A model generated the notes under the pieces. That model ran no database searches, had not been told where the DNA came from, and saw nothing but the letters and a program-made list of their open reading frames with translations. From the NCBI GenBank assembly GCA_963834015.1, contig CAWIAG010000004.1, positions 1,749,926 through 1,813,925 on the forward strand: DNA of 64,000 nucleotides, written 5' to 3'. Of the stretch, positions 38,794 to 48,803 are shown piece by piece (the stretch's first letter is position 1; each line of letters starts with the position of its first letter). The position numbers and the translations under genes were made by a program. This stretch comes from an uncultured Ignavibacteriales bacterium. Lineage in GTDB: Bacteria; Bacteroidota; Ignavibacteria; Ignavibacteriales; Ignavibacteriaceae.

Positions 38794-38976
38794 TTACAAC
38801 CTTTTTGTCAACAGAAAGAGCTTTTGCCTGATAGCCAATTCTTTCACTATTTCACGCATCACTTCTCTATCGTATTCCCTAAAGAAATCAAGCTCACCAA
38901 ATAATTTTATTAATGTTTCATCTTCAAGATGCTTTAATGAAACATGTACTTTCAATATTTCTTTTTTCATAATCAA
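38794..38976 (-). CDS. Small ORF (60 aa) resembling the N-terminal part of a cNMP-binding (Crp-like) domain; possibly a gene fragment
   Basis: LFGELDFFREYDREVMREIV resembles the cNMP-binding opener. It lies 20 bp downstream of the hybrid kinase gene. Confidence 0.25.
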   Translation of the reverse strand: MIMKKEILKVHVSLKHLEDETLIKLFGELDFFREYDREVMREIVKELAIRQKLFLLTKRL

Positions 38977-38995
38977 TTAAATTTTTTATTAAAGA

Positions 38996-41359
38996 TTAAT
39001 TCGTTTTAACCAATCCTTTTATCATATCAATTAATTCTTTTTTATAGAACGGTTTGGCTAGATAGCTTGTAAATCCCTGCTCCAGGAACATTCTTTTATG
39101 CTTCTCGGAAGCATAGCCGGTAATTGCGATTGAGGGAGTTTCCCGATAATTATCCAACTGCCTGATTTGTTTTAAGACTTCTATCCCGGACATGCCCTGG
39201 CCAAGGTTGATGTCTATAAGGAGCAGATCAAAGTTTGAATTTTTTGCACGATTAACCGCCTCTTCGCCGTTATTAACTGAAGATATCTCCCAGTATTTTT
39301 TTAAAAACATCTCTACTACCTCTACATTCAACAAGTTATCCTCAACAAGTAGTATTTTTAATTGTCTATTAAGGAGCGATTCCAGCGATGATAAATTGAT
39401 ACCCGTGCCAGTTACCGTAGTGGGCTTATTATTAAAAGGGATGTTACATTTATTAACAGGGATGAGTACTGAAAAATTCGATCCCTTGTGCCATTCACTT
39501 TCAACCAGGATTTTAATTCCCAATAATTGGGCCATCCTGTTGGCTAATGATAAGCCTAATCCCAATCCTTCAAATTCCCGGTGGAAGCCTTCGCTTACCT
39601 GCCTGAACTTCCGGAAGATAATCTCGTAATTTTCCTTTTTTATACCTATGCCCGTATCTTTCACATTAATTAATGTAAATTCATTTCCCTCATATCTAAT
39701 CTCATTATTTAATTCAACACGAACAATACCCGTTTTAGTATACTTAATTGCATTTTCAACCAGGTTGGAAATGATACCGTATAAAAGATATTCATCGCTT
39801 ATTATTTTAATCCCGTTTTGCGGGATGTCAAGTTCAAATTGCAGATTTTTTTCGGCTGCCCTCTGTTCATAAGATGATTTGAGAGTTGTGCAGAAAAAAT
39901 TCAAATCAATTTCTTTATAATTCGGTCTATAGTTTTTACTTTCAAGCTCCGTGGAGGCAAGTATTAAATTCAAAGTTTGCAAAAGGCGCTTCCCGGAGAG
40001 TGTAATTTTTTCAATTATTAAAGACAACTCAAGATTCTTTTCATTTTCCGATAGCAGTTGAGCAAAACCGAGAACTGCATTTAACGGTGTTCTTAGTTCG
40101 TGCGATATGTTGGCGATAAGCAGGGATTTTGTTTTATTCGCTTCTTCCGCCTCACCTTTAGATTCTATCAGTTCCGCCTCAATTTTTTTGCGGTTTGTTA
40201 TATCATCTTCCACAGAAAGGAAATGGGTAATTACACCTTCATCATTTCTAACCGGTGATACAGACACAGACACAGGGCAGTATTCTCCCGATTTCTTCTT
40301 GATCTCCAGTTCCCCTTTCCAGTTATTGCCTGCAAGGATAGTGTTACAAAGGTCTTTGTAAAGTTCTTCCGTTTGCCGGTCTGATTTAAATATCCGGGGA
40401 GACTGCCCTATCAATTCTTCTTTCTCAAAACCGGTCAACCCGGTCATTTGCTTGTTACTGTAAATGATCTGCCCGTTAATACCGGTTAAAAAAATACCCG
40501 ACGAAATTTGTTCAAGGGCAGTTGAAAGTAAACGGAGCTGTTCATTTGCGGATTTTGATTCGGAAATTTCATACTGGGTGTATTTTTCTTCCAATTCTTT
40601 TAACTTATTTTCTGCCGATTTTCTTAATTGAATTTCATCCTGTAAATTGTTGATCGTATGCTCGAAAAGAATATTTTTTTCCTTAACAAGCATACTGAGC
40701 TCATCGTTCACTCTTTCCATGTCATGTATTTTTTTCCTATGAAGAGAGACATTGCTGCATGTACCGTATAACCGGGTTATAAAGGGCATGTTTGACTCCC
40801 GCACCGGGAAAAACGAAAAATTATACCATGCAATATTTCTTGTGCCGTGCAGGAGCCTTATCTCCACAAATTTTCTTTCCCCGTTTATAGCCTCTGCCAG
40901 GGCCTCCTGAAAATAAGAATAATCGTCATAATGAAGAACGTTTCTGCTTAAATCAACATCCAGTAATGTTTCAAACGGGTACCCCATTTGATCTGAAAAA
41001 TTTTTATTTATCCATTCCAATTTCAAATTGTTTTTGCCGGAAACTATGATTGAAAAGATAAAATCGGTAAAAAGCCCTGTGATAAAATTTAAACGTTCCT
41101 GAACAGATGCATATTGTTCTATCCTGGTGTTTATTCCATTAATTTCATCTTTCAATTTTTTTATAATGGATTTTGCTTCAGTAATTTTTTCAGCTTGAGA
41201 ATTTATGATCAGTTCCTTTTCATTCTCTGAATTTTTGTTATTGCCTACTTCGGGATTTTTACCCGGGGCCAGGTTAATTCCGTTATTATTCACATTTTTT
41301 GAACTTTCATCTTTTGAACTCATATTCTCCCGCCTATTCTTTTGTAAATTTATTTTCAT
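38996..41359 (-). CDS. Cytoplasmic hybrid sensor histidine kinase / response regulator with PAS domains
   Basis: Low-complexity N-terminus, coiled coil, PAS-like segments, HisKA (NISHELRTPLNAV), HATPase_c (GTGIGI), and a C-terminal receiver (LKILLVEDN...DLLLIDINL). Confidence 0.85.
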   Translation of the reverse strand: MKINLQKNRRENMSSKDESSKNVNNNGINLAPGKNPEVGNNKNSENEKELIINSQAEKITEAKSIIKKLKDEINGINTRIEQYASVQERLNFITGLFTDFIFSIIVSGKNNLKLEWINKNFSDQMGYPFETLLDVDLSRNVLHYDDYSYFQEALAEAINGERKFVEIRLLHGTRNIAWYNFSFFPVRESNMPFITRLYGTCSNVSLHRKKIHDMERVNDELSMLVKEKNILFEHTINNLQDEIQLRKSAENKLKELEEKYTQYEISESKSANEQLRLLSTALEQISSGIFLTGINGQIIYSNKQMTGLTGFEKEELIGQSPRIFKSDRQTEELYKDLCNTILAGNNWKGELEIKKKSGEYCPVSVSVSPVRNDEGVITHFLSVEDDITNRKKIEAELIESKGEAEEANKTKSLLIANISHELRTPLNAVLGFAQLLSENEKNLELSLIIEKITLSGKRLLQTLNLILASTELESKNYRPNYKEIDLNFFCTTLKSSYEQRAAEKNLQFELDIPQNGIKIISDEYLLYGIISNLVENAIKYTKTGIVRVELNNEIRYEGNEFTLINVKDTGIGIKKENYEIIFRKFRQVSEGFHREFEGLGLGLSLANRMAQLLGIKILVESEWHKGSNFSVLIPVNKCNIPFNNKPTTVTGTGINLSSLESLLNRQLKILLVEDNLLNVEVVEMFLKKYWEISSVNNGEEAVNRAKNSNFDLLLIDINLGQGMSGIEVLKQIRQLDNYRETPSIAITGYASEKHKRMFLEQGFTSYLAKPFYKKELIDMIKGLVKTN

Positions 41360-41376
41360 TACTTCCTGTTACCGGA

Positions 41377-41410
41377 GGTATACCCCCGCCGCCGCCGGCG
41401 GGGGTATACC
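41377..41410. promoter_or_regulatory. Exceptionally GC-rich perfect hairpin GGTATACCCCCGCCG-ccgc-CGGCGGGGGTATACC in the 5' leader of the hybrid HK gene
   Basis: A 15-bp perfect stem read directly from the sequence, 18 bp upstream of the minus-strand start codon at 41359. Confidence 0.5.
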
Positions 41411-41578
41411 CTCTTTTGAATAATGCTGTTATGCAGAACTATTAACTTGCGGCCTTTTAATAAAAATTCATTTTTATTGAATTTTACCTGTTAAAAGTTC
41501 TGATTCAAAAATGGTAAATAGACTGAAGAGCGGGTATAACAGATTGTGTGATACTCTTGTAACAGAATTAAACGCGGC

Positions 41579-41597
41579 TGTCACAGATTATGTGACA
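41579..41597. promoter_or_regulatory. Palindromic operator-like site TGTCACA-GATTA-TGTGACA, with a half-site-like copy ACAGATTGTGTGA at 41539-41551
   Basis: Perfect 7-bp inverted arms about 220 bp upstream of the hybrid HK start, with a related direct copy 40 bp away. Confidence 0.35.
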
Positions 41598-41636
41598 AAG
41601 TTATAGGATTAGAGGGACGAAAGGGTTATAAAGAAA

Positions 41637-41678
41637 TCATTAACACCGCGATAAATTGCGGTGTTAATGATTAAGCAC
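41637..41678 (-). terminator. REP-like palindromic element acting as terminator of the PKD-protein operon: TCATTAACACCGCG-ataaatt-GCGGTGTTAATGA followed by TTTCTTT on the minus strand
   Basis: 14-bp stem. Near-identical to the element at 15563-15602, including the flank GTTAATGAT(T/G)AAGCAC. Confidence 0.55.
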
Positions 41679-41693
41679 AGGGGATAAGGGAAA

Positions 41694-44600
41694 TTATTCC
41701 CTGACTTTTACTGTTAAGTTAAATGATTTCTTAACCCTGCCGCAGACTGTACCGGTTTGGTCGTCAACAAGCAGTTCAACTTTATATATTCCTTCTTGTT
41801 TATATTTATGAAATACAATCGGCAAAGCAGATGATTCACCATCCCCAAATTTCCAGACTATCTTTAATAAATTCCCATCGGCATCGACCACGTTGGATGC
41901 ATCGAATTTAACTTCGTCATTTGCACTGTTTATATAAACAACAGAATCCTGCAATTCAGGAATCTGAGGCGGTTCAACTGCATAAACCAGTGTTGAATCA
42001 CTATAAAAAATATTATTCATTCCATCGCTCAAAACAAAATAGTAAATATATTTACCGCTTTTCTGAACAGAATGATTTAATATCCTGCTATCGGAGTTAA
42101 ATAAACCGTTTTTGCCGTTCCATTTAAATTTAAACTCGGCGTCTTTAAATTCCGTTCGAATTACCGGGTTTACGGTAAACATCTCCCCGGCACAAACATT
42201 GATAGATTTGGGAATAGAGCAATCCGGATAATTAATTACTTTCAGGTACTTTGTAGATTCACTAATGCTGTTTTGAGTATTTAATTTGTCTTTGACCACC
42301 AGCCTTATCTTATTTAAACCTGTGCGGCTGAAAATCGTTTTAAATTCAGCTTCATGTGAAACATCAACATCATTTACATACCATTCAAAATCAAGTTCAC
42401 CGCCGGAGTTGGAAGATTTGCTTCCATCCAGTTCAATCTGTTCATTTACAAATAAGTATTCAGGCAGTGAAAAATCAGCAACAGGCTCATCAAAAATATT
42501 TAAATAAATTGTATCCCTGTCGGTGTTATTCTCAACATTTGTATTATCGGTAACTGTTAAAATAACCCTGTACTTCCCTTTGAAAGAATAGGAATGCAAT
42601 ACGGAAATTCCTTTACCGGTAGAGCCGTCGCCGAAATCCCAAATATATTTGGATATACTACCGTCGGGGTCAAATGATTTTTTACCGTCAAATGAAACCG
42701 GTTGATAAACTGCAGCCGTTTGTACAGAACCTATTTTTGCAACCGGGGGAGCATTAACAGAAACCGGCTTTAAAAATAAAGCGGAACTGCATTCATTTTT
42801 AGAATCCGTTTGAATTCTAAGAGTTACGGTAAAATTGCCGGACTTTGAATAGGTGTGGTTTACAACTTTTCCTTTTGTGTAAGAACTATCACCAAAATCC
42901 CAGTTATAATCTGTAATGTTTCCCACACTAGTTGAACTGGAAGATGCATCAAATACCTGCAAAGAATTCTGAGGAATGGAATCGCATGAAGCAAACGAAG
43001 CATAAGGAGCGTCCACAACCGTAACGGTTATCTTATCTAAAGATGTATTATCGCAGCTTCCTTTTTCATTTCCCGTAATCGTGAGCGTAACTTTATATTT
43101 GCCCGTCTTATAGTATGTGTGAACAGGCCTTGCCCCGGCGCCGGTTTCGCCATCGCCGAAATCCCAATCATAGCTTGCAATGGTTCCTCCGGCAGCGGTG
43201 GATTTAGAACCGTCAAATTTAATTTGTGAATTGGCACAAATAATAGTATCGCTGCCCGCGTTTGCAATAGGCGCTTCGTTAACATTCAAAAGTTTTGTAG
43301 TAATAGCCGAACTGCAGGCTAAACCGGAATTATCGGTTACTGTTAAAATAACTTTATGCGCCCCGCCTTTTTTGAATACTTTAAATACACTGCTTCCTGA
43401 TAAATGGGAAGAATCATCAAACGACCATAAATAATCCAGTTGAGTATTGTCGAAAGACCTGGATTTTAAACCGTTCAATATTACTATATCGCCGGCACAA
43501 ACTGTAGTATCAGCTCCTGCATCAGCAACAGGAGGGCGGTGAATTTTTACTGTAATGTTTTTCTTTACGGAAGAATTAGACAAGTTAAGCCCGTCGTTTA
43601 CCGTTAATGTAACCGGAAAAACACCGTAGTCCTTAAAATTATGAGTAATAATTCCGCTTCCCAGAACTTCCTTTTGATCCGGGAAAGTCCAGGAGTAGCT
43701 CAACTGGTCGCCGTCCGGATCGTATGAACCCGAGGCATCAAAAGTAATTATTTTATTGCACGATTCAATATATTCCTGTGTCTTTATAACAGGCGGCGTG
43801 TTGATCTTTATGTATATTGTGTCCGGGACATTAGAATTGGCAACACCGGCATTGTCGGTAACAGTTAAAACTGCGCAGTACAAACCCGATTTATTGAATG
43901 ACCTTTCTACTACTTTTCCTGTTTTCATCAAGCCGTCGCTGAATACCCATGAATAGAATTTTATAGTACCATCGACATCGTATGATTTGGAGGCATCAAA
44001 CCTTAACTTTTGATTCGGGACGGCGATGGCAGTATATTCAATTTTAGGAACCGGCGGCGAGTTGACTATTACTTTTGCATAATCCACACTTGATAAAGGC
44101 TTAACAAAATCATCTGTAACTTCAAGCCCTACTGTATAAGTTCCGGGTTCTTTGAATGCATATTCAAACCGTCTGCCTTCCGAAATGAATTTATTATCTA
44201 CAAACCACCTGCTTTTGAGGGCTCTTCCATCGGGATCAACGGAGCGCGAGCTGCTGAAGCTAACCGTTTGTCCCGGGGCAACCACCTGGTCCGGGCCTAT
44301 ATCCGCAACCGGCCTTCTATCTATTATTACTTTTGAAGTATCAAAAGCAGAATTATTCTTTGCTTCGGTATTATCATATACCTGCAGTGTAACAGTGTAA
44401 GCACCGGCTGTTCTGTAAGTATGCGAAACTGTTTTCCCTTCATCAGTATAGCCGTCTCCAAAATCCCAGATATATCTTGTAATAGTGCCGTCTACATCGT
44501 AAGATTTTGAACCGTCAAAAACTGCATAACCGTTGTTCAGGTACTGATCATTTACAATTTTTGCAACAGGCTGCGCATTAACCGTGATTTCAACAGAGTC

Positions 44601-46472
44601 AATATTAGTATCGGTAACGGTTTCCGAATTATCCCTGACTTTTAATGAGACTATATATTTACCGTATTTAGGATAACTGTGGTAAACTTTTATGCCGCTG
44701 GCTATGGTTCCATCCCCAAAATTCCATTCGAAGTTATTAATTTTATAGCCCTCTGTTGTAGATTTTGAACCGTCAAACAATAGATTTTCATCAGTTGCCA
44801 CAACCCTGTTGGAACCAAGATTGGGAACAGGCTGGTTATGAATTACAACGTTTACGAATGCCGACGAAGTATTATTTGATGCATCGGTATTATCTTTAAC
44901 TGTTAATTTTACCTTGTAACTTCCGGTTTCAGAGAAGCTTTGTGTAACAATTTTTCCTTCTTTTTTACCGAGGGTTCCGAAATCCCAAATATACTGCACA
45001 ATATTTCCATCAGGGTCAAAGCTGGGCGAAGCATCAAAAGTTAACGGTTGACCAGGGGGAGCAGTAAGCCTTTCTTTTGTCTTTGCGACAGGCTGCATAT
45101 TAATGAATATTGAAATGCCGGTTGTATCAAGATTACAAACCTGTTTGGAAGTTTCTTCAACCGTTAGAACAACTGAATACCTGCCCGGATTTTTATAAGT
45201 ATGTAATACTTTAATTCCGCTGCCTGTCTCACCGTCTCCAAAAGACCAGGTATACTTTGTAAGATTGGGATTGTTTACAACTGATTTACTTCCGTCGAAT
45301 TGGACCTTCTCATTAAGCGCCCTGACCAAATCGGTGCCGGCATCAGCTTTTGGTTTAGGCAATATATTAACTTCGTAAGGTTCCAGTTTTGCGCGGGTGA
45401 TAGCATTTGACTGTTCTTCCACCAAAACTTCTTCGTTATATTTTCCCGGGCCGGGAAATTCCTGCCAACATATATCACCATTGCATTTTGCAGCCGGCCC
45501 GTCAGGCCAGTTAAAAATTAAACCATAATTTTCAGGTGAATTTGTGCCCGAAAAATCGAGTTCGGCGCTAAAGCAGCCGGTTTGTTTTATTTGCTTTACT
45601 ATGTTGGGTATAGTTGCCGGTACTTTATTATAGTAAGGCAGTTGAATGGGAAGTTTTTTCCCCTGCTTGTCTGTGAAATAAAAAGTTATATCATTTATAC
45701 TGTGCATTTCAGGGCCGAAATCGAGAGCACATAAATTACCCCTTTCATATTTACTCAAAGGAACTTTTATGCTTGACCAATTTTGGGGATCATTTTCAGT
45801 CAATGGAATTCCATCCCGGAGCAGAGTACTCAGGGCGATATTAGTGCCGTCAAAATCAAAGGTATGAATATTTATTTCGTCATCATTCTTGCCGGGCATG
45901 GTTATAAAAGAAACCTTCATTGGATTTTTCGCCAGTTGAATTGTCGGCTCATAAGAATAAAACTTTACATTATTTATTGTCCTGTTCTGGGATGGTTCGG
46001 AACTGATAAACAATTCAAATACGTTGCCGTCATGGCCTTCGATGCCCTGGGAAACCAGAGTATATACAGACCCGGAATCATTGGGGACACCTGCAAGCAA
46101 TGCCCAGCGTTCAAGATATTTTTTATCATTGCCTACTTCAATTTGTTTAATCAAACTGCTTTGTATTCTTGCCTTAAAATCACCGGGGCTTAACAAGCTG
46201 TCTTCCGGAATTTCACCTTTGTAAAGAGAGAACCGGAACTTAGAATCCCAATTTCCAATTCGTTCATCTAAAGAAGAGCCGCATGCAGCATCAAAAATCC
46301 TGACATAGGCCATACCTTTATAGCCGGCCGGCAGTTTAAAATGAATGGCCTGAATATAGTTGTCATCGCCTTCACCCGGGCTAGCCTGGGGGCCGAAATT
46401 TATAAATCTTAACCTTGTTTGAGCGTTTACAATAAGAGGCAGTAATAACAATAGTAAAAGTAATTTTTTCAT
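41694..46472 (-). CDS. Giant secreted multi-PKD-domain surface protein (1592 aa)
   Basis: Signal peptide MKKLLLLLLLLPLIVNAQ, an N-terminal ~350-aa unknown domain, then about 12 PKD repeats (recurrent W.FGDG...H.Y...G.Y.V.L.V.D). No T9SS CTD. Confidence 0.85.
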   Translation of the reverse strand: MKKLLLLLLLLPLIVNAQTRLRFINFGPQASPGEGDDNYIQAIHFKLPAGYKGMAYVRIFDAACGSSLDERIGNWDSKFRFSLYKGEIPEDSLLSPGDFKARIQSSLIKQIEVGNDKKYLERWALLAGVPNDSGSVYTLVSQGIEGHDGNVFELFISSEPSQNRTINNVKFYSYEPTIQLAKNPMKVSFITMPGKNDDEINIHTFDFDGTNIALSTLLRDGIPLTENDPQNWSSIKVPLSKYERGNLCALDFGPEMHSINDITFYFTDKQGKKLPIQLPYYNKVPATIPNIVKQIKQTGCFSAELDFSGTNSPENYGLIFNWPDGPAAKCNGDICWQEFPGPGKYNEEVLVEEQSNAITRAKLEPYEVNILPKPKADAGTDLVRALNEKVQFDGSKSVVNNPNLTKYTWSFGDGETGSGIKVLHTYKNPGRYSVVLTVEETSKQVCNLDTTGISIFINMQPVAKTKERLTAPPGQPLTFDASPSFDPDGNIVQYIWDFGTLGKKEGKIVTQSFSETGSYKVKLTVKDNTDASNNTSSAFVNVVIHNQPVPNLGSNRVVATDENLLFDGSKSTTEGYKINNFEWNFGDGTIASGIKVYHSYPKYGKYIVSLKVRDNSETVTDTNIDSVEITVNAQPVAKIVNDQYLNNGYAVFDGSKSYDVDGTITRYIWDFGDGYTDEGKTVSHTYRTAGAYTVTLQVYDNTEAKNNSAFDTSKVIIDRRPVADIGPDQVVAPGQTVSFSSSRSVDPDGRALKSRWFVDNKFISEGRRFEYAFKEPGTYTVGLEVTDDFVKPLSSVDYAKVIVNSPPVPKIEYTAIAVPNQKLRFDASKSYDVDGTIKFYSWVFSDGLMKTGKVVERSFNKSGLYCAVLTVTDNAGVANSNVPDTIYIKINTPPVIKTQEYIESCNKIITFDASGSYDPDGDQLSYSWTFPDQKEVLGSGIITHNFKDYGVFPVTLTVNDGLNLSNSSVKKNITVKIHRPPVADAGADTTVCAGDIVILNGLKSRSFDNTQLDYLWSFDDSSHLSGSSVFKVFKKGGAHKVILTVTDNSGLACSSAITTKLLNVNEAPIANAGSDTIICANSQIKFDGSKSTAAGGTIASYDWDFGDGETGAGARPVHTYYKTGKYKVTLTITGNEKGSCDNTSLDKITVTVVDAPYASFASCDSIPQNSLQVFDASSSSTSVGNITDYNWDFGDSSYTKGKVVNHTYSKSGNFTVTLRIQTDSKNECSSALFLKPVSVNAPPVAKIGSVQTAAVYQPVSFDGKKSFDPDGSISKYIWDFGDGSTGKGISVLHSYSFKGKYRVILTVTDNTNVENNTDRDTIYLNIFDEPVADFSLPEYLFVNEQIELDGSKSSNSGGELDFEWYVNDVDVSHEAEFKTIFSRTGLNKIRLVVKDKLNTQNSISESTKYLKVINYPDCSIPKSINVCAGEMFTVNPVIRTEFKDAEFKFKWNGKNGLFNSDSRILNHSVQKSGKYIYYFVLSDGMNNIFYSDSTLVYAVEPPQIPELQDSVVYINSANDEVKFDASNVVDADGNLLKIVWKFGDGESSALPIVFHKYKQEGIYKVELLVDDQTGTVCGRVKKSFNLTVKVRE

Positions 46473-46482
46473 CTTTGTGTCC

Positions 46483-48801
46483 CTAATTTTTATTTAGCAA
46501 CAAGTAAGTTTTTTTGTTATTTAATTTATCTTCAAGTGTAACCGATTTAATCCGGGGCTTAATGTTATCTGCGCACATAAATGTCAGCTCATAAAGCCCG
46601 GCAGCGGAATTATAAGGCAGAATTTCGGTAAGCCTACTGCCATTTAAACTTAGTTCAACTTCAGCCGATTTACTTAGGCCTGTTTCATCATCAGCCTTAA
46701 CGCTAATTTGATAAAGATTATCGCCTATAATTTTTATATCCGATGATATTAACTTAGGAGGCTGGTCATCGCAAATGATTTTCTTTTCCAATGATTTAAT
46801 ATTTCCGTCTTTATTAACCGCCTCAATTGTAAAGGTGTTGTTAAAGCCGGTTAAATCCTGGGGGGAGTTGAATTCATTTTTTTCATTTAACGGAATTTTA
46901 ACTCCATTAATAAATAATTCTTCAGCACCTAAAACTTTGCCGCTAATGTTTATCTTTTTGTGATTAACAAAAGAAGGTACCGAAGGGTCAAGGATAATTT
47001 CAATGTTTTCGCTTTTCTTCAATACATTAAATGTTGAACTTTTTTCGAACCCGGCGGGTGTGATAACATTAATTAAAAATATTTCACCCAAATTATAAAA
47101 TGGAATTGAAAAATCACATTTGCCCAGAGAATCCGAGTAAGCAGTATATAACGATTGAGAATTTAATGATTCAACCCGAACGCGGGACAGGGGCCGTGTT
47201 GATAAATTAAGATTTAAAATATTTTTGGATGTATAATATGTTGAACTGCGGGTCAAGTCGCCGAAAACCGAATCCGATATTTTAATTTCGGGATCGGACT
47301 CAACAATAACTTTTCTATATATAGTGGTTGCATTACCGATTGGATTTTTTGACTCAATTTCAATTGTATTTTTACCTTCATTTAAAACTAAATCATATTC
47401 AAAACTGCCGTCAGTGCCTGTTACAACTTTATTATGGTTGACTAAAACCTTGCACCCGGAATTGGTTTTGCCTGTTATCTTCAGGCCTGTACTCCGCGAA
47501 ATAAAATTATCTGCGGGAAAATAAATATTTAAAAACGGTTTTGCCGTATCATGTAATATTATAACCGACCTGATCTCCGAAAATGGCCCGGGCAAACCCA
47601 GGCTGTCCACCGAACAAACATGCCAGTAATAAACGCCGGGCTTCAGCCCTGAAATTTCCAGCGAGCTGCCGGTATTTTTGTTGTATGATTTATCCACTAT
47701 TTTAAATGTTCCCGTGGTTGAAATTTCCATCGAATAATCAGGTACACCCGGGGCATTCTGCCAGTTAAATTTTACATTATTCCCTGTAACAGAAGAAAAA
47801 TCTTCCGGGTAGATTAATTCCGGCGGGGGGATTAATTTCCTTGGCTTTGACGGGTAACCGCCGTTAGGAATAACAGAACCCTGGTTTTTCTTTACGATAA
47901 CCGACGAATCCTTTACGCCGAGTGTAATTTCGCCGTTGTAATTTGCCAGCTTTGCATTTGCATTATTTTTTTCGATCCAAAAATATTTAGAGTTGATTTT
48001 TGTCCTTACGCCGGGAATATCAAGGTCGAATTTTTTCTTAGGGCTGTTCAAAAGCATTGCATAAGCATTACCTTTTTCAAGTTTAATTTTTGTATCGGTA
48101 TTATTCCCTATAACATCAACGCGGGATATTTGTATCTCTGCCTCCGAATTTTCATAAAGCTTGATCTGGCTTAGGTCATTAAAAGTAATATTAGCTAATG
48201 ATAAAGATAAAGTTCTTGCCCAGTCATTCTCTTTCAGGTTGTCGTATAGTTGGGCATTCTCCCAGTTTAAAACCGAAGGGAACATTTTTTGGACCGTGCC
48301 TTTTTTATACGAAATTACGGCATCCAAAGTTTTTTCTCTTATTTCCATTGTCTGGTTGTATGCTTTTTTTGCAAGTTTCACGGCTTCTATCAGATAATCA
48401 TGGGATGCATCAAAATCCAGGGAATTTTTAGCTTTTAATGCGTCATAATAATTACCTGATGATTTTTCCAAAAGATCGGGAGAGAGAATTTTAGCGCCTG
48501 CTTTAACTGCATCCTGTATGCTCCTGGAAGCATCATCAAACAATTCCAATAAATCTTTTACTTTCTTTTGTGGAATTGTTACCTCAACAGGTGATTGAAC
48601 GCTGCTTAGATCTTTGATGTTATTATATTTCAGTATATAAGTCCAAAGATCAGGATCGCTGAAATAATCCCGGGCTAACTTTCGCACGTCGGTCTGGTTG
48701 GTAATTGTAACCCGGATATTATCTTTTGTCTGAGCATTCAGGCTGAAGTATTGAAGCAGCATAAATGACAAAGCGGCGAATAAAATAATTTTACGAAACA
48801 T
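46483..48801 (-). CDS. Secreted multidomain protein: LysM-like N-terminus, FecR-like segment, FN3 and Ig-like domains
   Basis: Signal peptide. IRVTITNQTDVRKLARDYFSDPDLWTYILKYNNIKDLSSVQSPVEVTIP is LysM-like. KYFWIEKNNANAKLANYNGEITLGV is FecR-like. The FN3 motif YYWHVCSVDSLGLPGPFS is shared with the T9SS proteases. 10-bp spacing to the PKD gene. Confidence 0.65.
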   Translation of the reverse strand: MFRKIILFAALSFMLLQYFSLNAQTKDNIRVTITNQTDVRKLARDYFSDPDLWTYILKYNNIKDLSSVQSPVEVTIPQKKVKDLLELFDDASRSIQDAVKAGAKILSPDLLEKSSGNYYDALKAKNSLDFDASHDYLIEAVKLAKKAYNQTMEIREKTLDAVISYKKGTVQKMFPSVLNWENAQLYDNLKENDWARTLSLSLANITFNDLSQIKLYENSEAEIQISRVDVIGNNTDTKIKLEKGNAYAMLLNSPKKKFDLDIPGVRTKINSKYFWIEKNNANAKLANYNGEITLGVKDSSVIVKKNQGSVIPNGGYPSKPRKLIPPPELIYPEDFSSVTGNNVKFNWQNAPGVPDYSMEISTTGTFKIVDKSYNKNTGSSLEISGLKPGVYYWHVCSVDSLGLPGPFSEIRSVIILHDTAKPFLNIYFPADNFISRSTGLKITGKTNSGCKVLVNHNKVVTGTDGSFEYDLVLNEGKNTIEIESKNPIGNATTIYRKVIVESDPEIKISDSVFGDLTRSSTYYTSKNILNLNLSTRPLSRVRVESLNSQSLYTAYSDSLGKCDFSIPFYNLGEIFLINVITPAGFEKSSTFNVLKKSENIEIILDPSVPSFVNHKKINISGKVLGAEELFINGVKIPLNEKNEFNSPQDLTGFNNTFTIEAVNKDGNIKSLEKKIICDDQPPKLISSDIKIIGDNLYQISVKADDETGLSKSAEVELSLNGSRLTEILPYNSAAGLYELTFMCADNIKPRIKSVTLEDKLNNKKTYLLLNKN

Positions 48802-48803
48802 TT

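Noticed and set aside
41205-41423. 72-aa ORF spanning the hybrid-kinase start and the GC hairpin
   Set aside because: Overlaps the 5' end of a strong minus-strand gene. Its C-terminal 'PAAAGGGIPSFE' is simply the translated hairpin.
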